This document shows, piece after piece, positions 16,853-28,500 of a stretch of 33,886 nucleotides of DNA (position 1 is its first letter; every line of letters begins with the position of its first letter). Location: the NCBI GenBank assembly GCA_043821645.1, contig JBDRCO010000060.1, positions 1-33,886 on the forward strand. The letters are read 5' to 3'. The translations under genes and the position numbers were made by a program. A model generated the notes under the pieces. It saw only the letters and a list, made by a program, of their open reading frames with translations. It did no database searches and was not told the DNA's origin. The stretch is from Pseudomonadota bacterium (GTDB lineage Bacteria > Myxococcota > JACRCW01 > JAFGSX01).

Positions 16853-18988
16853 TCAGCCTGCGTGTCTGCGCTTCCTGCGCAGAACCCACAGCGTCGCGAG
16901 GCCACCCCACAACCCGAACCCTGGATAGCGGCTCGCGCGGCAGGCACAGCCCGGTGCGGCGTCCTGTATCCCAGCGTCCTCGATGCCCGTGGCGTCGGAG
17001 GAGATTCCTCCATCGGCCGTACTGTGGGCATCGGGCGCGCTTCCGAGGTCCTGCCCGACAGCATCGGTTTGCGTGGCTGTGTCGGGGGAACCCGTCAGAT
17101 CCTGGGCCATGGCGTCCCGGGACGTCGTGGCGTCAGCGGGGCTTCCTGCATCGACCAGCCCCCCGCTGGTCGCGGACAGCAGGACGATCTCGCCAAAGAG
17201 CTCGGGGACCTTGGCCTGACCGATGCCAGGAGTGAACTCCAGCCAGCCTGTCCGGCCTGCCCCATCGTCGTCGTTGACCAGGAATGAAAAGCCGATCACC
17301 GCGTTGACGGAGAGGTCGATCCCGGGAACTGCCGCGCGCGGCAGCCGGACCTCGTAGCGCGTCAGGGTGCCCTCGCGGGCCACCGCAACCTGCCAGGCGT
17401 CGCTGGCCGCCGCCGGGCCGTGAAAGCGGTAGCTCGAGGTCACTCCGGAAGAAAGCGCGACATTGATCTCGTGATCGTCGACGTCGTCGTAGGCCGGTCC
17501 CCCGGACTGTCCGAGATCGAGGGCGATCTGCAGGCTATCGCCCTGCCAGAGCTCGGCGGGGGGCCTGTCGTTCCGGTGCACGTCGTCGGTGACCTCGATT
17601 CCGAGCACCAGGTTGTCCAGGTCCCAGCGCGCCGCCACACGCAGCGAGCAATCCTGGACGCCGCCCCAGCTCTCGCTCCCTACCCAGTCGGCGCCGTCGA
17701 GGGTGAGCCAGCCGTCGCTCCCTATGTCGCCCAGGTTGCCATCCACGGTCAGGCCGGGTGTCCGGTACGCCTGTATCCGTCGACGCGCCGGGTCGTCGCT
17801 CTCGTCGTCATCAAGTGCATTGCTGCACCCCCGGTCTGCGAGATCGGTGCGGCCGTCGCCGTCATTGTCCTGGCCGTCGCTGCAGGCAGGGCGCGCACCC
17901 TGATCGGTGATCTCCGGGTGCGTGGCGATGAACTGTTTGAGCGCCGTGAACGCCGGCTTGAGCCTGTAGCTCGACGGAAAGCTGCGGTTCTGATCTGCTG
18001 ACAGGGCGTGCATGAGACCGAATCCATCGATGTCACAGGTCGGCTGGTCGGGCTTGCAGTCGTAGATCTCGTAAAAGAATGTGTTGGTGTACCAGTCGCG
18101 CGCCAACTGCTCCTCGAGCACCAGCGTCAGGTAGGTGGCCTGGCGCTGCTCCTCGGTGGCATCGTCGGGAGTGGCGCGGTAGCCGGTCTCGGTAATCCAG
18201 ACCTCACCGTGATAGCCCGCGCCATCCAGGATCTGCCGCAAAGAGCGCCGGCTGGCCACGGGCCAGGTGAAGCGTTGCTCATCCAGGGCATTGAAGAAAC
18301 GGTCACCGTCCCATACGTCTGTGCCTAGCTCGGGAAAGCCGTTGTAGCTGTGATGGGTCACGATGTCGAAGACCTGCACCGGCGCTACGGCGTTGATGGC
18401 GGGCTGGTTGAAGAAGTCTTCGAGGTAGTCGTCGACGTCACCGACGTGTGCCAGGTCCGGACCCAGCACCTTGCAGGTGGGACAGGCCGCACGCACTGCC
18501 GCGGCCCCCGGCGCCACGATCACAGACCAGTACTCCGCGGCTGTGGCGGTCAAAAAGCTGTCGAGGTTGGATTCATTCCACATCCCGAAGTGCGTGACGC
18601 GATCCTTGTAGCGGTTGACCGCCTCGGTCACGAACTGCACCCACTCGGTCGAGCTGTTTGGCAAGTCGTTGCCCTGGTTTCCGTCGCCATTGTCGCGCCG
18701 CGGCACCCAGTCCGGCGTGTAGCCCAAGGTGATGTAGACCTGCAACCCGGCCGTCTGCGCCGCGTTCACAGCGTTGTCCAGGTATTGCCAGTTCTGGGAA
18801 CTCGCGCTCTGGTTCTTGACCGAGAGCCAGTTACCGTCCAGCCGCACCCACTTCACGCCGAGGTCCACGCAGGCGTCGATGAAGTCCTGGCGCCCATCGT
18901 GGACGTTCATGCCGACACTGTTGTCGCCGATGGCGGCCAGGGAGGGTGCGCTGAGGCTCAACAGAACGATGGCGGCCAGGCTCCGCAT
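16853..18988 (-). CDS. Secreted clan GH-A glycoside hydrolase (GH5/GH39-like) with CBM9-like domain and MYXO-CTERM-like anchor
   Basis: Signal peptide, LGVKWVR, YTPDW, WNESN (acid/base) and WITETG (nucleophile). CSDGQDNDGDG..D..D.GC Ca-binding-type motif. VDGNL..WD..NL....EVTDD..LWQGDSLQI..GFSFLVNDDD (CBM9-like). C-terminal GCAC..hydrophobic..RRKRR. Confidence 0.85.
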   Translation of the reverse strand: MRSLAAIVLLSLSAPSLAAIGDNSVGMNVHDGRQDFIDACVDLGVKWVRLDGNWLSVKNQSASSQNWQYLDNAVNAAQTAGLQVYITLGYTPDWVPRRDNGDGNQGNDLPNSSTEWVQFVTEAVNRYKDRVTHFGMWNESNLDSFLTATAAEYWSVIVAPGAAAVRAACPTCKVLGPDLAHVGDVDDYLEDFFNQPAINAVAPVQVFDIVTHHSYNGFPELGTDVWDGDRFFNALDEQRFTWPVASRRSLRQILDGAGYHGEVWITETGYRATPDDATEEQRQATYLTLVLEEQLARDWYTNTFFYEIYDCKPDQPTCDIDGFGLMHALSADQNRSFPSSYRLKPAFTALKQFIATHPEITDQGARPACSDGQDNDGDGRTDLADRGCSNALDDDESDDPARRRIQAYRTPGLTVDGNLGDIGSDGWLTLDGADWVGSESWGGVQDCSLRVAARWDLDNLVLGIEVTDDVHRNDRPPAELWQGDSLQIALDLGQSGGPAYDDVDDHEINVALSSGVTSSYRFHGPAAASDAWQVAVAREGTLTRYEVRLPRAAVPGIDLSVNAVIGFSFLVNDDDGAGRTGWLEFTPGIGQAKVPELFGEIVLLSATSGGLVDAGSPADATTSRDAMAQDLTGSPDTATQTDAVGQDLGSAPDAHSTADGGISSDATGIEDAGIQDAAPGCACRASRYPGFGLWGGLATLWVLRRKRRHAG

Positions 18989-19117
18989 ATGACACCTCCC
19001 TACATGGTCCCCTAGCGTGACCTGTCGCCCCTGCCCTGCCCATCCTCAGCTTGACCGAGGGCTGTCACCGAAGCCCAGGTCTTGCTATAGACGCAGCGCA
19101 TCCCTACGAGGTGACGC

Positions 19118-20044
19118 TTGAAAGCTGAGAGCAACAAGGCCGTCCTGGCGGCCCTGATCGCCAACATGGGCATTGCCGTGGCCAAGCTGGTGGGCTTCGT
19201 GTTCACCGGCGCAGCGTCCATGCTGGCCGAGGCCATTCATTCCCTTGCCGATACCTCCAACCAGGGGCTCCTCTTCTTGGGTGGCCGGCTCGCGCACCGC
19301 CAGGCCACACCCGACCATCCCTTTGGCTACGGCCGCGAGCGCTTCTTCTGGTCCTTCATCGTGGCCCTGGTCATCTTCTCCATGGGGTCCCTGTTCGCCT
19401 TGTACGAGGGGGTGACCAAGCTGCTTCATCCGCACGACCTTGAATCTCCACTCTGGGCCGTGGGAATCCTCGGCGCGGCCATCGTGCTCGAAGGCTGGTC
19501 GTTGAAGACGGCGATCGGCGAGTCCAACAAGATCCGCGGCGGCGAGAGCTGGTGGAACTTCATCCGGCACGCCAAGGTACCCGAACTCCCCGTGGTGTTG
19601 CTCGAAGACTTCGGAGCGCTCATCGGGTTGACGCTGGCCCTGACCGGGGTGGGCCTGGCCATGTTCACCGGCGATGCGCGGTTTGATGCCATGGGCAGCA
19701 TCGCCATTGGCGTGTTGCTGTTCGCCATTGCTGGCGTGCTCGCGGTGGAGATGCGCAGCCTGCTCCTCGGCGAGGCCGGGAGCCAGAGCACCTTGCGGAT
19801 CATTCGCCAGGTCTTCGAGGCGGAATCTGGTGTTCGCCTGATTCACATGCGCACCGAGCACCTCGGGCCCGAGGAACTGCTGCTCTGCGCCAAGGTCGAG
19901 ATGGACAGGAACCTGAGCTTCGAGAGCGTGGTACAGGCCGTCAACGCGGTGGAGAAGAAGATCCGTGACGCCTGCCCCATCGCCCGGGTGATCTACATCG
20001 AACCCGATATTCACGACCCGGCACGCGTTGGCGACGGGGAGTGA
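19118..20044 (+). CDS. Cation diffusion facilitator (CDF) family transporter
   Basis: ALIAN..IAVAK, SMLAEAIHSLADTSNQ, HPFGYGRERFFWSF, VLLED..ALIGL, YIEPD. TTG start after GAGGTG. Confidence 0.93.
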   Translation: MKAESNKAVLAALIANMGIAVAKLVGFVFTGAASMLAEAIHSLADTSNQGLLFLGGRLAHRQATPDHPFGYGRERFFWSFIVALVIFSMGSLFALYEGVTKLLHPHDLESPLWAVGILGAAIVLEGWSLKTAIGESNKIRGGESWWNFIRHAKVPELPVVLLEDFGALIGLTLALTGVGLAMFTGDARFDAMGSIAIGVLLFAIAGVLAVEMRSLLLGEAGSQSTLRIIRQVFEAESGVRLIHMRTEHLGPEELLLCAKVEMDRNLSFESVVQAVNAVEKKIRDACPIARVIYIEPDIHDPARVGDGE

Positions 20045-20059
20045 GCTGGGCACCCGGGG

Positions 20060-22789
20060 CTAGGGACGACGACGCCAGGCCACCAGGATCAGACCGAGCC
20101 CGAGCCAGCCCGCAGGCGCGGTGTTGCGAGCGCTCCGACAGCCGCAGCCGTCAGCGTCAGGATTGATGCGCGGTGCGCTGCCACTGTCCGCGACCACCAC
20201 ATCCGCCTGCGCGCTCGCATCACCCACCGCGGTCGCGTCGTCCACACCGGCGTCGTGGGCAACGGCAGCGTCGGGCTCCGTGCTCGAATCTGCGGCAGTG
20301 CTGGCATCGGTAGCCACCGTCGCGTCGATGGCCACCGTCGCATCGGTGGTCACGGTCGCATCGGTGGTCGCGGTCGCATCGACCGTCGTCAGCACATCCG
20401 CGAGTACAGCGTCCTGCACGGTCGAGGCATCGCTTGCCGTCGCCACATCAGGGCCTGACGCGGCGTCGCTCGCGGTCGCAGCATCGCTCACAACCGTTGC
20501 ATCCGTCGCCACTGCGCTGTCCGAACCAACACTCGCATCGCCAGACACCGTGGCATCGCCGCCCCCGGCGTCCATGCACTGGTTGGCCCCGGGGATACAC
20601 CCGCCCGCACTGTCGCATTGATCGCCCGCAGTGCAGCTGTCGTTGTCGCTGCAACTCGTCGTGGCATTCTGATTGCCGTAGTTCTGATCGCAGCTGCCCG
20701 CGCTGCAGCCCGCGAGCTTGCAGTCGGTGGGCGTGGTGTCCACGCAGCTGCTCCCAGCGGTGGCCGGCGACCAATCCGTAGCGCTGCTGGAGCTGCTGCA
20801 AACCTGGCACACATTGCTGCTGTTGACGTCGGTGTCGTTGTAGCAGGTGTTCCCGATGAGGCAGGTGCCGGTCTGAGGGGTGAAGAGGCATGCACCAAGG
20901 ACGCAACTATCGTCGGTGCACCCCAGGTTGTCGTTGCACGCGGCGATGGCAAAGCTGTCCAGGCCTGTACAGGTCCAGGTACTCCCGCCCAGGCACGTCC
21001 CCTGGTCCAGACTCAGACCACTGCCGGTGTCATCGGCGCACAGGAAGGCAGCACCCACACAGAAATTACTGCCGCCCGGTGCGAGCCTGCAGTTGTTGCT
21101 GATGCACTGGGCGTTCGTCGTGCACAGTGTGCCGTCCGCCACGAAGTCCGCCAACGCCGGTCGCGGTTTGTCCGTCACGCGCCAGGTCAGCTCGGTCCAC
21201 TCCGAACTCTCGTCCTCGCCCGCAATGCCGTTGCAGTATTGCCCGGAAGGCGCGCAACTGCCGCTCTGGGCGTGGTCGCTACCGTCGAAGCCAACTTCGT
21301 CGTACTTGAGGCGCGCGACGCTCTTTTGGTTGCCGGGGGCGGCAGCATGATTGTGGGTCGTCGAGACCGCATCCACCTGGTAGCCGCTCACATTGCTGTC
21401 GGCATCGGTGGTCGAGTCCAGGCTCACCGCGGTCTTGGCGATCCAGGGATTGGTCGCGCCTGGAATCCCATAGTAGACGAGGTCCACGTCGAAGATCAGG
21501 TCGTTGACGCCATCCCAGTAGAACAACACCACCGGTTCCCCGGGGTCGGTCAATCCTGCAGTGGCACCGATGGCACCCGTGTAAGCAGCGCGCATGCTCC
21601 GGGTATGCCCGCTGACATCGTTCTTGAGTGAGTAGTGCGGGTAGGTGGTCGAGGCGTAGACCGCGTAGAAGGTCGCTGCATCCTGCATCGCGACCACCTG
21701 GTAGCTGTGCGGTGAGATCGTGGCGCCGGCCGGGAAGCGCGCGATGAAATCGGTCGGACCCACCGACGGCGGGCCGCTCTGCGCCAGGCGCGCGTAGAGA
21801 TCGGTGTCGGCCAAAAAGAAATGATCCAGGGGAACCGCGCTGTCGCCAGGGTTGTAGATCTCGACGAACTCGCCGGCCGTCGGGCTGACCGCCACCTCGG
21901 TGAGCAGCAGCTTGGGAGGTGCCAGCAACCTGGCGCGCAGACGACCGTACAGCGCGTCGTACTCGAGCAGCAGGATCTGGCCCCGGGCGCCCGCGGGAAT
22001 GGTGGTGGTCACGGCCTGGGTATCGAAGCTGCCCGGGCTGGCCTGCACGAAGGCCCATCCTGCCGGGCCAATCTGGGTGCGAACATTGCCGTCGCTGGTG
22101 TTGGTCACGACGTTCCAGTGCACGGTCATGTCCGTGAGATCCTGGGGCACCACCAGGCCAAAACTGTAGATGCCGTCGTCCATGGTCTCGTCCCAGCGCA
22201 CGCCTTCACTCTGCCCCACGCTGTCGGTCATGATCAGGGGCGCGCAGTCCATGTCCCAGGTCGTGCAACCGAGACCATCGAAGTAGCTGATGGTCGTTCC
22301 CACCTCGAAGTCACCGCTGACCAGCCAGTAGGCGTTCGCGTCGTCGATGGTGTTGCCATCGATCTTGTGGGTGGCGGTCCAGTCATCCCCGGTGCTGAGG
22401 CTCGCGGGGAGCCAGCCGTCACTGCTCCGGTCGCGAGGGTCCAGGAAGAAGGTGACCTGCCTGGTGTCATCGACCACCGGAAAGGTCAGGACCTTGTTGC
22501 CCGGACCACCCCCGTCGCTGCTCCACAGCGCACCATGCCACACCGTGGGCGAGACCCCGAGGTTGGCGATCTTGTAGGCAGTCCAGTTCTCGCCACTGCG
22601 GGTCGAGATGGTGATTTGCTTCTCGTAGGTGCCATCCGCCTGCAAGGCCATGTGACAGGCGGTGTCGGAGGCCCAGGCATTGAAGTGCCCGAGCACGTAA
22701 AAATCATCCTGGGCCTGGACTGCACCGGCGGCAGTCAACAGCCCGCACAGGGCGACGAGGGAGACTCCCATATCGAATCGATGATGCAT
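20060..22789 (-). CDS. Secreted multidomain surface protein (E-set/X25-like domains, lamin-tail domain, Cys-rich repeats, MYXO-CTERM-like anchor)
   Basis: AGGAG RBS before ATG 22789 and a signal ending VQA-Q. YVLGHFNAW..M....DGTY and VSGDF..W..MTD..DDGIYS modules. LTEV...GEFVEIYNP (lamin-tail), CNDNLGCTDDSC-type repeats, a D-A hexad linker, and GCGC..WLGLGLILVAWRRRP. Confidence 0.82.
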   Translation of the reverse strand: MHHRFDMGVSLVALCGLLTAAGAVQAQDDFYVLGHFNAWASDTACHMALQADGTYEKQITISTRSGENWTAYKIANLGVSPTVWHGALWSSDGGGPGNKVLTFPVVDDTRQVTFFLDPRDRSSDGWLPASLSTGDDWTATHKIDGNTIDDANAYWLVSGDFEVGTTISYFDGLGCTTWDMDCAPLIMTDSVGQSEGVRWDETMDDGIYSFGLVVPQDLTDMTVHWNVVTNTSDGNVRTQIGPAGWAFVQASPGSFDTQAVTTTIPAGARGQILLLEYDALYGRLRARLLAPPKLLLTEVAVSPTAGEFVEIYNPGDSAVPLDHFFLADTDLYARLAQSGPPSVGPTDFIARFPAGATISPHSYQVVAMQDAATFYAVYASTTYPHYSLKNDVSGHTRSMRAAYTGAIGATAGLTDPGEPVVLFYWDGVNDLIFDVDLVYYGIPGATNPWIAKTAVSLDSTTDADSNVSGYQVDAVSTTHNHAAAPGNQKSVARLKYDEVGFDGSDHAQSGSCAPSGQYCNGIAGEDESSEWTELTWRVTDKPRPALADFVADGTLCTTNAQCISNNCRLAPGGSNFCVGAAFLCADDTGSGLSLDQGTCLGGSTWTCTGLDSFAIAACNDNLGCTDDSCVLGACLFTPQTGTCLIGNTCYNDTDVNSSNVCQVCSSSSSATDWSPATAGSSCVDTTPTDCKLAGCSAGSCDQNYGNQNATTSCSDNDSCTAGDQCDSAGGCIPGANQCMDAGGGDATVSGDASVGSDSAVATDATVVSDAATASDAASGPDVATASDASTVQDAVLADVLTTVDATATTDATVTTDATVAIDATVATDASTAADSSTEPDAAVAHDAGVDDATAVGDASAQADVVVADSGSAPRINPDADGCGCRSARNTAPAGWLGLGLILVAWRRRP

Positions 22790-22888
22790 GGCACGCTCCT
22801 GACCCAGACAGGGACAAATGGTCTGCAAAGTTGCGAAGTCTACCAAGCCGGCGCGGGGTGACCAAGCGCTCGGGCCACCGATATGGGT

Positions 22889-23992
22889 TCAGCTGCGATC
22901 GACGAGAAGAAGCGAGACCTCGCGCGCCCCGACACCCAGGGCATGTGCGCCGTCCAGCCACGCGGTGACTCGGGGGTCGATGTCGCGCAGCCCCACACCC
23001 TTGGCTTGCCGCAGCTGGTTGACCAGAGCCAAGGCACGACGGTCGAGGGCCAGGGGATCGCGCGCGGCCAGCACCCGGCCAGGTACGGTGTCCGGCGGTG
23101 ACGAGGTGCCGCCCACGGTAACTGCGATCAAGGCATCCAGGATGCTGAGCTTGAAGTACTCGCGCACCGGGGCAAGGGCATAGATCTTGGGCAGAGCGTC
23201 GACCAAGTCCTTGTGAAAGTCACCCGGATTGTCGATGACTCCATACACATTCTTGAGCGCGGCGGTCACACCGGACACACCGTGCGTCTTGAGCACGGGC
23301 ACGTTGATGCCGACGTCGGTCTCGCGGGTAAGGAGCCGCGTGAGCCTCGTGGTCTTGCCGTTCACGACGTGGCAAAAATCATCCTCGAAACCCGGGCCTC
23401 CAGGATCGCTGGTGGAGTTCACCGTGCCGAGGACTCGGGCACCCACAGCCTCTTCGGTAAAACCGCTCCGCGTGAGCTCGTCGAGGCGACGGTCCCAGAC
23501 CACGATCTGTTCGCCGTCGAGGCCCAGCCCGGCCTTCAGGCTGTCCACCAGCGCTCGGACCAGTTCGACCGAGGTCGAGCATTGCTGATTGAGGCAGTTG
23601 ACCTTGAGCCCGAGTCGCGTGCTCGCCGTGACCTCGGGCAGGAGGGTTCGCCAGGGCTCGACCACGCCCCCGGCGAGGGAGCCCAGGGCCTGCTCCAGCA
23701 TCTGTGCGACGACCTCGGCCTGGATCTCGGGTCGTGACTCTCCGATCACACTCAGGGGATCGATCACTTCGACCACGGTGCCTGGAACCGCCAGTGGAGG
23801 CGGCGTAGTCTCATCGCTGCAGCGGGCCAGCACGCCGGGCCAGCGCCCACCCACTTCGGGAAAACACGAGGACAGCGCCAGGGTAGACGCCCCTGCGACC
23901 AGACGTGCGGAGTCGCCCAGGAACCGTCTCCGGCTGGAATCGGTGCGGCGTGCCGGGGCCAGTGGCTGGGAGCTGCGATGGCGCCGAGACAT
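22889..23992 (-). CDS. DUF362 protein with Tat signal and lipobox
   Basis: SSRRRFLG, ALSS-C, GLKVNCL, INVPVLKTHGVSGVTAALKNVYG, DPLALD. Confidence 0.85.
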   Translation of the reverse strand: MSRRHRSSQPLAPARRTDSSRRRFLGDSARLVAGASTLALSSCFPEVGGRWPGVLARCSDETTPPPLAVPGTVVEVIDPLSVIGESRPEIQAEVVAQMLEQALGSLAGGVVEPWRTLLPEVTASTRLGLKVNCLNQQCSTSVELVRALVDSLKAGLGLDGEQIVVWDRRLDELTRSGFTEEAVGARVLGTVNSTSDPGGPGFEDDFCHVVNGKTTRLTRLLTRETDVGINVPVLKTHGVSGVTAALKNVYGVIDNPGDFHKDLVDALPKIYALAPVREYFKLSILDALIAVTVGGTSSPPDTVPGRVLAARDPLALDRRALALVNQLRQAKGVGLRDIDPRVTAWLDGAHALGVGAREVSLLLVDRS

Positions 23993-24126
23993 GAACCTAA
24001 GGTAGCACGCGAAGCCCTATCTTGCCTCCTGTGGGGCGAGAATTATCCTGACCTGCGCGCTGTTGTCACCCGGTCATGCCCCGTAGACGCCTTGCGAGCG
24101 CGGTCCCTTTGGCGTACGAACGCATC

Positions 24127-25542
<1,416 letters not shown>

Positions 25543-25554
25543 ACGCGCACCGGC

Positions 25555-28500
25555 TCATTGCACCCGGACGCGGTCGTAGGTCATGGCGAAGTGCGTGGTT
25601 GCCCCGACCAGCACTCCGATCTCGTGATCTCCTGCGCTGTCCGGCAGGGTCCAGGTCACGGTCGCGGTCTCGGTGCTGTTGTCGATCGCGCTCACCGCGC
25701 AGCTTCCACCGGTCACCCGGCAGTCCACACCCTGATCCTCGGCGATGTCAGGCCAGCGGACCTGGTAGCTCAGTGACGCGGACGGCGCCGCCGTGCTGTA
25801 CCTGCTGTCGAGCTCGACGCGATCGCGGTGGAAGGACAGCACGCCGCCATCCCAGTCGGCCAGAAAGAACTGCTCGACGCCGATGGCGAGCTCGACAGGC
25901 TTGTCGGGGGTCTGGTAGCGAGCCAGGACGCGGTAGTCGAGTCCCGGACTCTGATCGAGCACGTAGATGTCGCCGCCATTTAGGGCCAGGAAGAGCAGTG
26001 GTCCTTCCCGGCGAAGATCCGCTGTCGCGACGATGGAGGGAAGGTGGCGCTCGCTCACCCCCGGGTTGAGCGGGTCACTGAAGTCCACCCGAGCATTGAT
26101 GCCATAGATATACCCCCCCTCCATGCCGAAGTGGCGAATCGGCAGGGTGAGGGCAACCGGCGCCCCGACAAGCTGCGGCTGGCTGGCGACGCTGACGTTC
26201 ACCACCTCCACGTTGGCTGGGTGTCCCACCATCAGGTGGGGCGAGGTGTACACCATGTCTGTGATACTTCCACTCAACGTCAACCGGCCAAGCTCGGGCG
26301 CGGTCACAGGATCACGTACATCGAGCAGACGCAGCCCCTGATCGCGGACGCCGACCATCAGCATCTCGCCGTCGATGGCCAGTGCCGAGAACGGGGTACC
26401 GGTCAGCGGCGACCCGAGAACCACCGGGTTCATCAGATCCTGCAGGTCGACGATGGAGACCCGGGTCGAGCTCCACGCACTGGCCGCGAACAGCCGAGCT
26501 CCGCTGATCAGCATGTCACCATTGCCCGGAGCTGCGACGGTGGAGATCTCGGTCTGCAAGGTCGGATCCGTAGCGTCAAGAACGCGGATGATGTTGCTGT
26601 CCGAGGCAAACAGGACATCACCTTCCAAGGTCACGGTGTAACAGGTGCCCGCGGTATCGAGCGTGCCAGCGAAGCCGCCGAGCTCGCCAATGCCGGTGAA
26701 CATCTGGATGCCGTCCTCTCCCACGGGGACGTAACTCCGGCTTCCATCCGTGGATGCCAGGATCTGGAGCACGCCGGTGCTGGTTGGAAATCTCGACACG
26801 ACCTGCATGCTGGTGGGATCCGAGACGTCCACGACCTGAACGCCGGCTTCGTAGGCGGCCACGTGGGCCGTGTTGCCCGCGACGTCGACGTCGTAGGCCT
26901 CGCCAGACAGGCTCAGGGTACCGAGCCGCATCGGGTTGCTGCGGTTGGTGAGGTCAAAGGTTTGCAGCCCGCCAGCCAGGCAGGCGCAGTACGCCAGATC
27001 ACCGACGACGCGGATGCGACCGAACATCCCCCCCGAACACGTATTTTGCGTGGCTGTCGAGTTCACGTGCAGCAGGGTCGGTGTGGCAGCGTCCAGCCCG
27101 CTCAGGTCCACGATGTTGAGTCTGACGTTGGTCACGTATGCGTAGTCCCCGCTGACGGTCACCTTGCCCTGTTGCAGGTCGAGGGTGGCGGCGAGCCGGG
27201 GCTGGTCAGGGTCGCGGACGTCGATGGCACGGAGCTCGGTGGCATTGTCGCTGCCTCGACGCAGGCTCAGCAACAGGTGATCGCTCGTCGCGTCCAGCCC
27301 TTCGATGACCCATCCAGTGAAAGAGTAGCTGCCGCGCCTGATCAGAGTGCCGGACAGGGCTTGATACTCGAACACCAGGATCTCGCGGGTGCCACCATCT
27401 CCCACGAAGGCAAGGCGGCCATTGAAAGCGAGCTTGTAGGCCGCGCCGCTGTTGTCCGCACTGGCCAAGGGCGTTGGCTGACCCGGGTTGCTGATGTCGA
27501 GGACATAGAGGCCATCTCCACTTCCATCACCATTGGCCAGCAGCAGGTCACCGCGGCGCGCGATGTCGTAGGCGTACCAGCCGCTGCCAAGGGGGTCATA
27601 GTACGAGCCCGAGAAGGGTGTCAGCGAGTGAGTGATGCGCTCGCCGCCGTAGGTCATCGCAGCCAGGCTGTGGCTGACCGTGGCGCTGGCGACCCCGTCA
27701 CTGACGGTGAGTTCAAAGCCCAGGGCCTCGTCCGCGTCGGGCACCGCGAACCAGAGTCTGGCCATGTCGCCGTCGCCGATGTCCACCGGGGTGCCCAGCG
27801 TCTGCACCCACCGGTAGCTCAGTCGATCGCCATCGGGGTCGCTGCTGCCGCGGCCGTCCAGCACCACCAGCTCGCCGGCGTTGAAAGTGGCCGTGCTGCC
27901 ACGGATGACGGCCACGGGCCCCTGGTTGGACACGGTGATCACGATCTGGTCGGTGCCCGTGGCGTAGCCGTCGCTGACCTCGAGCTCGAGCACGATAAAC
28001 CCACCCGCGTCGACGGGCACATGGAAGCGGGTGGTGCTCGCGAAGAAGTCGTCCAGCCACACTTTCGGCCCGGAAACCTGCTTCCATGAATAGCTGAGTG
28101 CATCACCGTCGGAATCGCTGGAGCCGCTGCCATCCAGGTTCACGGTGGCACCGCGGCTGCTGTTCTGGTCGTCCCCGGCGACAGCCACCGGGGCGTGGTT
28201 GCCGACCACGACGCGCACGATGTCAGGGGTCGAGGCATTGACCGCATCGCTGACCACCAGCTCGAAGGTCAACACACCGGTCTGGGTCGGCGCGGTGAAG
28301 GTGGGCTGGGCCGGCACGGCGTGGTCCAGGGTCACGCTGGCGCCGGTGGTCTGGGTCCACAGATAGCTCAGGGCGTCGCCGTCGGGATCGCTGGACCCGG
28401 TTCCGTCCAGGGTCACCACATCGAGTGGGTCCACGCGCTGATCATCGCCGGCGTCGGCCACCGGGCTGCGGTCCACCACGTGGACGTCCACGTGGGCATT

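Noticed and set aside
24109-24125. Sigma54-like TGGCGTACGAACGCA
   Set aside because: The GG-to-GC spacing is 9 rather than 10 nt and it abuts the start codon. Other candidates near 3585 and 16190 lack a conserved GG or GC.
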